Positions 55,470-64,000 of a stretch of 64,000 bases of DNA are shown piece after piece. Position 1 is the first letter of the stretch. Every line of letters begins with the position of its first letter. Made by a program: the position numbers and the translations under genes. The DNA is from Tubiluchus corallicola (Eukaryota > Animalia > Priapulida). The DNA is taken from NCBI GenBank assembly GCA_030141605.1, contig JAQGDQ010000040.1, positions 744,001-808,000 on the forward strand, written 5' to 3'. The notes under the pieces are model-generated. The model was not told where the DNA came from. It was given only the letters and a program-made list of their open reading frames with translations, and did not search any database.

Positions 55470-56898
55470 GGTCGTAGCGGTGCTATCTATTTTATTTTGC
55501 ACATTGCATTTCAGCACCTTTTCACAAGCAACAAGGATGAGTGGGACAGATCCCGACTATGCGGGTAGAGAGCTTGTGTTTTACTGTATGACAGAGCCGA
55601 TTTTGGCAAAGAAAACTACAGTAGGGAAGGTCGTACCGGATAAGGAAGGCCACTTTGAGATAGAGTTTAATCAATCGCAAACTTCTGAAATATATGTTGA
55701 TGTAGGAAAATATAAGGGTGTTGTGATAGCTGCACCGGGGGGAAATTACCGCATAAGCCTCCCTCCATATCGGGAAAAATCACTGGCTGAAGCAAACAGT
55801 ATTTACTTTAGGCCCCAGCTATACTGGATGGGAGTGCTAAATGCTCAGAAGGATGATATAAACTACAGTGTCCGAAAGTTTATTGGCCGCTACAATGATG
55901 AGGTAGATAGGTACTTATCAGAGACATTTACGCACATTTCAAAAGACTTTGCCTATAGTGTAATTACGAAGCTTGAAGCAGAGTTTCCCGATACTGAGAA
56001 TCATTTTTATAACAGCTTAAAGCTGTACTATTATGCAGAGCTGGAGTATACGGTAAATGAGCACACTGTAGAGCATGTTATTGATAAGTATTTTGCCGGC
56101 AGGCCTTTAGAGGGGAATAACCCCAAATACTATGACATGTTTCGTATTCTCTTTGTCAACTATCTTTATCAGAACTCACAAGACCCGGAGGGGCGGCAAA
56201 TTATTGGGCTGGTCAACAGGGGAGACTTTGCAGGGCTTGTAAAGTACTTTACAAGCAAAGGGTATTTATTGGAATTTGCAGAAGCGGTTGTCTTAAAAGG
56301 GTTACATGATGGCTTTTATACTAAAAAATTTAATAAAAAAGGTGTACTTGACACCTTGACAGAGGCAAATAAAAAAGCATCATCATCACATAATCGAGAT
56401 CTTGCCTTGCATATTTATAATGATGCCTCTTCTATGATGGAAGGTAGCCCTCCTCCCTCTTTTGTATTACAGAATATTGATGGGAAGGCGGTTTCACTTG
56501 AAAGTTTTAAACAAAAATATCTGTACCTCTGCTTTGTTAGGGTGGAAGATAAGATAAGCATGGAGGAGGTGCGGCTGCTAAAAGATACTAAACGTAGGTA
56601 CGGAGAGGTGCTTGATGTGTTATTTGTTAGCATGGATGATAGCTTTGAAACAGCGAAAAAATACTGGGTAGACCAAAATATAGAGTGTGAACTGCTAGAT
56701 GGAAGTAAGAGACCGGATATTAAAGAAAGCTACCGTGTACATGTTTTCCCAACCGGTTATCTTATATGCCCCGAAGGAACAATTTTATTATCTCCGGCAC
56801 CTTTGGCATCAAGGGGTTTTGATGCTGCATTTGCAAAGGTATTTGAAGTCCGCCGAGTCGAAAAGAAGCGACGGGAAACTAAGACTCAGAATAGATAA
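55456..56898 (+). CDS. Exported TlpA/redoxin-fold protein lacking CxxC
   Basis: Signal peptide; C-terminal GSPPPSFVLQNIDGKAVSLESFK.KYLYL.F...FVSMD...YRV..FPT.YLI.PEG.I thioredoxin-like pattern; overlaps the coaD stop. Confidence 0.8.
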   Translation: MMRNKVVAVLSILFCTLHFSTFSQATRMSGTDPDYAGRELVFYCMTEPILAKKTTVGKVVPDKEGHFEIEFNQSQTSEIYVDVGKYKGVVIAAPGGNYRISLPPYREKSLAEANSIYFRPQLYWMGVLNAQKDDINYSVRKFIGRYNDEVDRYLSETFTHISKDFAYSVITKLEAEFPDTENHFYNSLKLYYYAELEYTVNEHTVEHVIDKYFAGRPLEGNNPKYYDMFRILFVNYLYQNSQDPEGRQIIGLVNRGDFAGLVKYFTSKGYLLEFAEAVVLKGLHDGFYTKKFNKKGVLDTLTEANKKASSSHNRDLALHIYNDASSMMEGSPPPSFVLQNIDGKAVSLESFKQKYLYLCFVRVEDKISMEEVRLLKDTKRRYGEVLDVLFVSMDDSFETAKKYWVDQNIECELLDGSKRPDIKESYRVHVFPTGYLICPEGTILLSPAPLASRGFDAAFAKVFEVRRVEKKRRETKTQNR

Positions 56899-57000
56899 TA
56901 AATCTTTTTATAACTTTGAGGAAGTTTTTTGTGCATTACTTATGGTATCACCTTCAGGTTTTTATGAAGGGAGAATTTGTTGTTTTATCCACATACGATT

Positions 57001-57633
57001 ATGAAAAAGTTACAAAAAGAAGTTGCAGAGAAGTTGTTAGCTATCGACACGATAAAAATACAACCGGATTTGCCTTTTACATGGGCTTCCGGCTGGAAGG
57101 CACCAATATATTGTGATAATAGAAAAATATTATCATTTCCTGAAACGCGCAGGTTTATTTGTGAACGGTTTGCAGCACTTTTAGGCGATAAGTATCCTGA
57201 TGCTGAAGTGATTGCGGGGGTGGCAACAGGGGCAATAGCACATGGAGTATTGGTTGCTGAAAAAATGAAGCTCCCATTTATATATGTTCGTTCGAAGCCC
57301 AAAGGACACGGGCTTGAAAATCTTATTGAAGGGAATGTGCAGCCTGGTAAAAAGGTTGTAGTTATTGAAGACCTTATATCTACGGGAGGAAGTTCCCTGA
57401 ATACCGTACATGCTATACGAGACTATGGCTGTGAAGTGTTGGGAATGTTTGCTATTTTTACATATAATTTTCAGCAGGCAGCCGATAACTTTGAAAAAGC
57501 GGGGGTAGAACTTACTACTTTGAGCAATTATAACCTTTTGCTTGAAGTGGCTTGCGAATCAGGAGAAATTATACCTGAGCAGATGGAGAGCTTAAACAAT
57601 TGGAGAAAAGCTCCTGAGAAATGGGGAAAATAG
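57001..57633 (+). CDS. pyrE: Orotate phosphoribosyltransferase
   Basis: PFTWASGWKAPIYCDNR, VVVIEDLISTGGSS (PRPP-binding motif). Confidence 0.97.
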   Translation: MKKLQKEVAEKLLAIDTIKIQPDLPFTWASGWKAPIYCDNRKILSFPETRRFICERFAALLGDKYPDAEVIAGVATGAIAHGVLVAEKMKLPFIYVRSKPKGHGLENLIEGNVQPGKKVVVIEDLISTGGSSLNTVHAIRDYGCEVLGMFAIFTYNFQQAADNFEKAGVELTTLSNYNLLLEVACESGEIIPEQMESLNNWRKAPEKWGK

Positions 57634-57766
57634 ATTGTGAGACAAGGTGGAACTTTTGAGTTTTATTAAAGCTTTTAATTATAAAGGTATAGGCGGTAGC
57701 TGGGATTTTGTCATCTTGAATTAGAGCTACGCGGCTTCATCACCATCACTATTTTTAGACTAAACT

Positions 57767-58228
57767 ATGGAAAAGTATACAAGCGAAGTAAAAGTTATTG
57801 AACATTCACAAAAGGCAGTATATAGCTACCTGTCAGACCTTAATAATCTGAAAAGCTTTATCGATCCGGACAAGATGGAAAGCATTAAGCATAAGATTCC
57901 CAATATGCCCGGCTTAAAGATTGAAGACTTTGAGGCGAAAGAGGATGAGTGTAGCTTTAAGCTGGACATGGTTGGGCGTGTAGGCATGAAGATTGTAGAG
58001 AAAGAGCCGCTAAAGACTATTAAGCTTACCGGCAATGAAACCGCGCCGCTTAAATTCTTCATTTGGATACAACTTTTACCTGGAGAGGGAGAGCAGTGCA
58101 AGATGAAGCTAACATTAAAAGCAGATATAAGCATTATGATTAAGGTGATGATTAATAAGCAGTTGAGGGATGGGGTTGAGCATGTCGCCAATATGATTGC
58201 AGCAATTCCTTACAGCGATCAGACCTGA
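57767..58228 (+). CDS. SRPBCC / polyketide-cyclase-like family protein
   Basis: SEVKVI..SQ..VYSYLSDLNNL...IVEKEP.KTIK...WIQLLP...MKLTL; a usual neighbour of pyrE in Bacteroidales. Confidence 0.8.
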   Translation: MEKYTSEVKVIEHSQKAVYSYLSDLNNLKSFIDPDKMESIKHKIPNMPGLKIEDFEAKEDECSFKLDMVGRVGMKIVEKEPLKTIKLTGNETAPLKFFIWIQLLPGEGEQCKMKLTLKADISIMIKVMINKQLRDGVEHVANMIAAIPYSDQT

Positions 58229-58509
58229 TATACCCACGGCTTGTTTAAGCGTATTGGGATTTTAATACAAAGTGCTAGTAAAAAACTGTAAATGCACCTG
58301 CAATTTATAATAGAGAGGCCTTTGCAAATCTTGTCCTTTTATTAATATTGTCCCCAAGTACTCTTCAAAGGTCTCATTTACACTGGCAAACTACAGTTTT
58401 TTATCAAATTCCACCTCCAACCTGAGCTAAACTTTTTTGCTTTGCAAGGGCCTCAGAGACTTAGAGCTTGAATTTTTGATACTTTTGCAGCTTGACAGAT
58501 CATTTATAG

Positions 58510-59730
58510 ATGGAATATATTACCCATACTTTTCATAATGGAATCAGGCTGATTCATCAACATACAAGCTCTCCTGTGGCTCATTATGGCATTATATTTA
58601 ATACGGGTTCGCGTGATGAAGAAACAGATGAGCAGGGAATGGCACATTTTGTAGAACATACAATCTTTAAAGGTACCCGTAAGCGAAAATATTTTCACAT
58701 ATTGAGCAGGCTGGAAAATGTTGGAGGTGAGTTAAATGCGTATACAACGAAAGAGGAGATTGCAATTTACGCCTCTTTCTTATCTCAGTACTATGAGCGG
58801 ACTGTGGAGCTTTTAAGTGATGTAATAGCCAACTGTTCTTTCCCAGAGCACGAGCTGGAAAAGGAAAAAGAGGTTGTTATAGAGGAGATAAACGCATTCA
58901 AAGACAACATTTCCGAGTTAATATTCGATGATTTTGAAGAGATGGTGTATAATGGGCACCCTATGGGCAGAAATATATTGGGTACACCTGAAAATATACG
59001 CAAATTTAATCGAAGCAGAGTAAAGAGGTTTGTAAAGAATAACTTTTCTGCCGGACAGATGATTATATGCTCGGTGGGCAGTATCTCAGGGAAAAAAATA
59101 ATTGAGCTTTCCGGGAAGTATTTCTCAGAATTTGAGCTGTCCGACAGGAAACAGAAGCGCAAAAAATTCAGCAGCTATACTCCACGTACCAAAAAGGTAC
59201 AGAAAGGCACCTGCCAGTCTCACTGTATTATTGGTAATGAGGCCTATCATAGCCAACATCCTCTGAGAATGGGGACAGTGTTGTTAAACAACATACTGGG
59301 TGGGCAATCGATGAACTCACGCTTGAACTTATCGTTGCGTGAAAGGAATGGAATAGCTTATAATGTGGAATCCGGCTATACTGCCTATACTGACACCGGA
59401 ATATTGACTATATATTTTGGGACGGACAAAAAAAACTATCAAAAGGCAATTGGGCTTATAATCAAAGAGATAAAGAAATTGCAGAACCAATGCCTTGGAC
59501 GACTTCAGCTGGGAAGGGCTAAAAAACAGCTTGTCGGACAAATTGCAATGTCTCAGGAGAACAGGGAGGACCTTATGTTAATGCTTGGTAAAAGCTATCT
59601 GCTTTATGATAAAGTTGACAGCTTGGAGGCAGTTTACAAGAAGATTGAAAATATCTCTGCTTTGCAGATTATGGATATCGCAAATGAGGTTTTAGATATC
59701 AAAAAGCTCTCCTACCTTGTTGTGGTATAG
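58510..59730 (+). CDS. M16 family (pitrilysin-like) zinc metallopeptidase
   Basis: GSRDE...GMAHFVEHTIFKGT (HxxEH), GGELNAYT, SRL..SLRE..G.AY; promoter motif TACTTTTG at about 58480. Confidence 0.95.
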   Translation: MEYITHTFHNGIRLIHQHTSSPVAHYGIIFNTGSRDEETDEQGMAHFVEHTIFKGTRKRKYFHILSRLENVGGELNAYTTKEEIAIYASFLSQYYERTVELLSDVIANCSFPEHELEKEKEVVIEEINAFKDNISELIFDDFEEMVYNGHPMGRNILGTPENIRKFNRSRVKRFVKNNFSAGQMIICSVGSISGKKIIELSGKYFSEFELSDRKQKRKKFSSYTPRTKKVQKGTCQSHCIIGNEAYHSQHPLRMGTVLLNNILGGQSMNSRLNLSLRERNGIAYNVESGYTAYTDTGILTIYFGTDKKNYQKAIGLIIKEIKKLQNQCLGRLQLGRAKKQLVGQIAMSQENREDLMLMLGKSYLLYDKVDSLEAVYKKIENISALQIMDIANEVLDIKKLSYLVVV

Positions 59731-60261
59731 AGCTAATTAAACACAAAGTTTAAAGACTGGCTGGGTTGAATATAAGACATTTCGGGTGCATATTTGCTAC
59801 CTTTGGCCAATAAGAAAGACTGAGAGCTTTGGAGAGTGCATGGAGAAAATATTTAATAAAAGAACAAGGTTTGCAAATGGCTCCTGCCTTGAAATTTTCA
59901 TCTCAATTAAATAGTCAATTAGGGAGTGAAGAGACAAGTCGTAATCTGCAAGGTTTTGCACGGAAGTTACAATAATCCTTGCAATTTAGGAGACTGTAAT
60001 TCGTTAGGTTTTAGCTTTATATTGATGGTGTTAGTCAAGTTGGACTTAATTTAAGGAGTGGCTGAATAGAATCTGTATAGGAAAGAGTGGCTTATCTTAT
60101 TTTGTGTATACACACCGAGCTTTAGTGATTCTATTGTGAAAGCTTCAATTCTTTTGCTAGTGTCTGATTTTAGACTTGTAAAAAAATCTTCACTTCAAGT
60201 AGGTTGAATTTTTTCTGATGTGTGGAAATGCTATTTTTGTTTTTTTAATAAAAATTGTACA

Positions 60262-61182
60262 ATGTCCATAAGAGTAGAGGGTATAACAAAGAGGTATGGA
60301 GGTCAAAAGGCGCTAGACAATGTCTCTTTTTCTATATCTTCCGATGAGATAGTTGGGTTTTTAGGCCCCAATGGTGCGGGAAAGTCGACAATGATGAAGA
60401 TCATAACAGGATCCCTACCAGCTACAGCAGGTAGTGTGTATATTGATGACGTGGAGGTTACTTGTGATACGGTCTCTGTTCGGCAAAACATAGGTTACCT
60501 ACCGGAACACAATCCACTGTATCATGATATGTATGTATGCGAGTACCTCTTACATGTTGCCGGAATATATAAAATGGCTCAAAAAAAGCAGCATGTAAAG
60601 GAAATGCTTGAAATGACAGGCCTTATTTCAGAGCAGCATAAGAAAATAGGTAATCTGTCAAAAGGATATAAGCAGAGGGTAGGGGTAGCACAAGCGCTTA
60701 TTCACAATCCGGGCATTGTTATTTTGGATGAACCTACAAGTGGCCTTGATCCTAAGCAATTGATTGAAATAAGGCAGTTGATAAAGCAAATAAGCTCTAA
60801 AAAGACGGTGCTTTTTTCTACACATATTATGCAGGAGGTTGAGGCTCTTTGTGATAGGGTGATTATTGTGGATAAAGGAAAAATAGTAGCAGATAAGACA
60901 TCAGAGCAAATGAAGTATGTTTATTCTGGTTTAGCTCAGGCAGTTTTTGTTGAATTTGCATCGCCTGTAGATAAAAAGCTACTACTGTCAATACCCGGCG
61001 TAGAAAAGGCTGATAAGATGGGAGGGACCCAATGGATACTACTAGGTAATGAAGAGGAAGATATGCGCCCCAATATTTTTAAATTTGCTGTTGAGAAGGA
61101 CAAGATACTACTTACTCTCCGCAGAGAGGAGGCCAGTATGGAAAATGTTTTTATCAATGCCACATCTATGGGCAGAGGTTGA
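60262..61182 (+). CDS. gldA: Gliding-motility-associated ABC transporter ATP-binding subunit GldA-like
   Basis: MSIRV..ITK.YG.QKALDNVSF, GFLGPNGAGKSTMMKI, GYLPEHNPLY.DMYV.EYL, LSKGYKQRVG, ILDEPTSGLDP, STHIMQEVEA. Confidence 0.85.
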   Translation: MSIRVEGITKRYGGQKALDNVSFSISSDEIVGFLGPNGAGKSTMMKIITGSLPATAGSVYIDDVEVTCDTVSVRQNIGYLPEHNPLYHDMYVCEYLLHVAGIYKMAQKKQHVKEMLEMTGLISEQHKKIGNLSKGYKQRVGVAQALIHNPGIVILDEPTSGLDPKQLIEIRQLIKQISSKKTVLFSTHIMQEVEALCDRVIIVDKGKIVADKTSEQMKYVYSGLAQAVFVEFASPVDKKLLLSIPGVEKADKMGGTQWILLGNEEEDMRPNIFKFAVEKDKILLTLRREEASMENVFINATSMGRG

Positions 61183-61270
61183 TGCAGGGTATTTTTACTT
61201 GAATATTAATAATTAATAAAAGGGTGAGGCTTGCAGAGGCCTCTCTTTATAAGCGATAAAGCATCTGGTT

Positions 61271-62020
61271 ATGAGGTGTATATTGGCGGCTATAGCGATT
61301 TCTCTTTTTACATTGTCATGTGTGGGCACGCGACAAAATAAATCTCATGTTGTTGCCACAAATGCGTGGACTGCAGCTTTTGCCAGAGCTGCTGGGGTTG
61401 AAAATGTGGTGATGCTTGCGCCTTTTGAGATGCAGCATCCTGTTGATTATGAGATAAGGACGGGCGATATATCGCGTATTTCTGATGCCAGCCTGATTAT
61501 TTATGCAAACTATGAGCGTGTAATTAAGCAGCTAATGGATGGACTCGGTGTGAGCGAGGCGAAACAGGTAAGTATTGAAACACGCTATGATTTTGAAACA
61601 CTTCAAAAATCGGTCATGAAGATTGCGGCAAAGACAGGTACTATGGAGAAGGCGGCTGAGAATCTTACAGAGATAGAGAAGATAAATGCAGAGGCAAAGC
61701 GGATAATTAAAGAAAAAGGTCTGGATAAAATGCCTGTTGCTGTTCACTTCTTTCAGCAGCCTATTGCTGAGGAGTTGGAGTTGAATATAGTTGCTGTATT
61801 TGGGCCTGCACCCCTGGAAGCAAAACAGATTGCTTCACTGGCAAAGAGCGGAGTTACATCAATAATAGATAATAAGCATGGTCCGGTAGGTAAACCAATA
61901 AGAGAGGTACTCCCAAAAGCGAAGTATATTGCACTGCTTAATTTTCCCGGTAAGTCCGGCACCATTACTTTAGCAGATGTAATCCGTTTTAATTTGAAGA
62001 AAATAATCGAAGAAAGGTAA
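61271..62020 (+). CDS. Metal ABC-transporter substrate-binding lipoprotein (ZnuA/TroA-like)
   Basis: Lipobox TLSC; VVATN.W; HP.DYE...DI..I.DA.LIIY; VHFFQ. Confidence 0.65.
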   Translation: MRCILAAIAISLFTLSCVGTRQNKSHVVATNAWTAAFARAAGVENVVMLAPFEMQHPVDYEIRTGDISRISDASLIIYANYERVIKQLMDGLGVSEAKQVSIETRYDFETLQKSVMKIAAKTGTMEKAAENLTEIEKINAEAKRIIKEKGLDKMPVAVHFFQQPIAEELELNIVAVFGPAPLEAKQIASLAKSGVTSIIDNKHGPVGKPIREVLPKAKYIALLNFPGKSGTITLADVIRFNLKKIIEER

Positions 62021-62067
62021 AAGAAACTGGTAACATTGTGAAGACTTGGTATCGAAAGTAAAGAGTT

Positions 62068-62508
62068 ATGAGGAGTATTAAAACGGTATTGCTGGTAATT
62101 GTATTTTTGCCTCTTGCCATGATTCAAGAACAGGCTTATTCACAAGGGGTAGAAGGGTTGTGGATAAGTACTGATGAAATAGGTAGGGAAAGGTCAATAG
62201 TGAAAACTTTTATTGAAAATAATAAGCTGTATGGTAAGATATTAAAACTGCTGGACGAAGAAGAAGCAAAAACAAACCCTATCTGTGTGAAGTGTGAGGG
62301 AAAGTTGAAGGGACATCCCATAATAGGAATACAAATTATCAATGGGCTTGAGAATGTTGGCAGAGAGTGGTATAGGGAAAATGGTATTCTTGATCCCTAT
62401 ACGGGGAAGTATCACAACGTAAGAATATGGGTTAAAGGAGATGAACTAAAGGTACGTGGATATAAAGGCTTTTTATATCTCACGATGACATGGAAAAGCG
62501 TAAAATGA
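62068..62508 (+). CDS. DUF2147 family exported protein
   Basis: G.W.S.D....RSIV.......LYGKI....C.KC.G.....PIIG......G.ILDP..GK.......L.VRGY.G. Confidence 0.85.
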   Translation: MRSIKTVLLVIVFLPLAMIQEQAYSQGVEGLWISTDEIGRERSIVKTFIENNKLYGKILKLLDEEEAKTNPICVKCEGKLKGHPIIGIQIINGLENVGREWYRENGILDPYTGKYHNVRIWVKGDELKVRGYKGFLYLTMTWKSVK

Positions 62509-62782
62509 AGCAAATCCAAGCATAGTAGTGAAGCTTTACAAAACCCCACCATTATTTTATTAAAATTTTCTTTAAAATCCTTACTTACATCAGTAAGCTA
62601 CGGCTTTTTCTTACAAGTATGAGCAGGACTCTTTTGCTTTGCAAAGGAACTCTTCATTTTGTTTTATCTCCATAATAGGTGTCAAAGAGTTAATTTTGAA
62701 AGCTCAATAACATTATATCATGTGTACTATCTCAAAATTTGCTTACTTTTACGCTGAAAATAAGTTTAAGTGGTATTGTAAA

Positions 62783-63343
62783 ATGAGTGAGGATGAGTTG
62801 TCACATATTGTATACTCCAAGGATGTAATAGAGTTTGTTACAGTGGCTAATGAATACTGTGGATTTGTGGAGAGGCATGGTGATTTTGAGCGCAAAGATT
62901 TCATTGTAAAAATGCAGAAGCTATTACCTCTTTTATACCTGAAGGCGTCGTTAATTCCCGATGTTGACGATATCTTTGATGATACGCCGGGTAAGTTTGT
63001 GACAGAGGGTGATTATGATTTTATTCATGACAGGTTGTTGCAGAAATTTGGGGAGTTTGATTCGTATCGTGAAATATCAGGTTCTTTAGAGCCATTTAGT
63101 GAGGATGGTAGCATGGCTGAGGCTATGGCGGATATTTATCAGGATTTGAAAGATTTTGTTCTTGCTTACCGAATAGGCACAACCGATGTGATGGTTGATG
63201 CTCTATGGGAGTGCAAAAATAATTTTGAGTATTATTGGGGTATGAGGCTTATAAATGTAATGAGAGCGATACACAACCTTATTCATGAAGGTAAGGATAT
63301 AGACAAGGAAGATAATATTACCCTGCAGAGCCCCATAATTTAG
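62783..63343 (+). CDS. DUF5063 domain protein
   Basis: VIEFVTVANEYC...LLPLLYLKA...DIYQDLKDF...F..YWG; conserved Bacteroidota protein usually found upstream of the 3'-5' exonuclease. Confidence 0.85.
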   Translation: MSEDELSHIVYSKDVIEFVTVANEYCGFVERHGDFERKDFIVKMQKLLPLLYLKASLIPDVDDIFDDTPGKFVTEGDYDFIHDRLLQKFGEFDSYREISGSLEPFSEDGSMAEAMADIYQDLKDFVLAYRIGTTDVMVDALWECKNNFEYYWGMRLINVMRAIHNLIHEGKDIDKEDNITLQSPII

Positions 63344-63383
63344 AGATTTGTGACAGCAATTGGGGTTTTAATTTTTTTTCTAT

Positions 63384-63980
63384 ATGGGAAAAACTTTAGG
63401 AGAAATTAAGAAAAGTATTACGCATGACGAGTTGGCCAATCTGCCATTAAAACACTTTGAAGGGGATGTTTGTACTATATGTGATCCTGAGCGAGTTGAG
63501 TCTGCTGTTAGCTACCTTAGAAATTTCCCTGTACTTGGTTTTGATACTGAAACGAGGCCTTCATTTAAGAAAGGGTGCGTTAACAGTGTAGCTTTATTAC
63601 AGCTATCAACTGCTGAAAAGGCGTTTCTATTTAGATTAAATATAATTGGGCTACCGCTTGATGTGATTGAGATACTGGAGTCTCCCCATATAAAAAAAGT
63701 AGGAGTGGCGATACATGATGATATTAAAGATCTTAAGGGTGTTAAGCCTTTTCACCCTGGAGGGTTTATAGAGCTGCAGGAGTTTGTTAAGAAGTGTGGT
63801 ATTGAGAATTCTGCGTTAAAGAAGCTTGCAGGAATAGTATTAGGCTTTAGAATATCAAAATCTCAGCGCTTATCTAATTGGGAAGCGCCAAGTCTCACAC
63901 CCCTTCAGAAGCGTTATGCTGCCACAGATGCTTGGGTATCATTAGAGGTGTACAATAAGTTATCATACCTTATGTCATAG
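63384..63980 (+). CDS. 3'-5' exonuclease (DEDDy, WRN/RNase D-like)
   Basis: LGFDTETRPSF, LLQLST, KVG..I.DD, SNWE...LT..Q..YAATDAW. Confidence 0.93.
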   Translation: MGKTLGEIKKSITHDELANLPLKHFEGDVCTICDPERVESAVSYLRNFPVLGFDTETRPSFKKGCVNSVALLQLSTAEKAFLFRLNIIGLPLDVIEILESPHIKKVGVAIHDDIKDLKGVKPFHPGGFIELQEFVKKCGIENSALKKLAGIVLGFRISKSQRLSNWEAPSLTPLQKRYAATDAWVSLEVYNKLSYLMS

Positions 63981-64000
63981 CTAGGTTATCCATTTTTTTA

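Noticed and set aside
51392-62342. Short antisense or overlapping ORFs in the bacterial region
   Set aside because: They are shadows of well-supported plus-strand genes (except 53682..53885, which is part of the integrase pseudogene).

Overview
The window is a two-kingdom chimera. Positions 1 to about 50,850 are AT-rich, repeat-laden, intron-containing animal (probably invertebrate) DNA. This part carries: (i) the 5' part of a natriuretic-peptide-receptor / receptor-guanylyl-cyclase-like gene on the minus strand, with TWO intact, diverged, signal-peptide-bearing large first exons (13957-14629 and 8056-8713, both ending phase 1 at ..RVK|G) but only one recognisable exon 2 (1898-2063); (ii) a complete 10-exon alkaline ceramidase 3 (ACER3-like) gene on the minus strand (40415 to 20909, 299 aa, reconstructed by hand); (iii) the first five coding exons of a phospholipid scramblase on the plus strand, whose 3' exons are missing; (iv) microsatellites, MITEs, SINEs, LINE scraps and palindromes. 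From about 50,850 to the end the DNA is gene-dense Bacteroidota sequence: a GH92 alpha-mannosidase, a 1 kb patch of gene scraps (ECF sigma region 4, IS21 istB with its right end, a broken tyrosine integrase) at the 3' end of tRNA-Gln(UUG), then coaD, a CxxC-less TlpA-like protein, pyrE, an SRPBCC protein, an M16 peptidase, gldA, a metal-binding lipoprotein, DUF2147, DUF5063 and a 3'-5' exonuclease. The best candidate for an undescribed system is the variable-first-exon / shared-constant-exon layout of the receptor gene. The animal-bacterium junction is most likely an assembly or concatenation join. All calls are by eye, without database searches.
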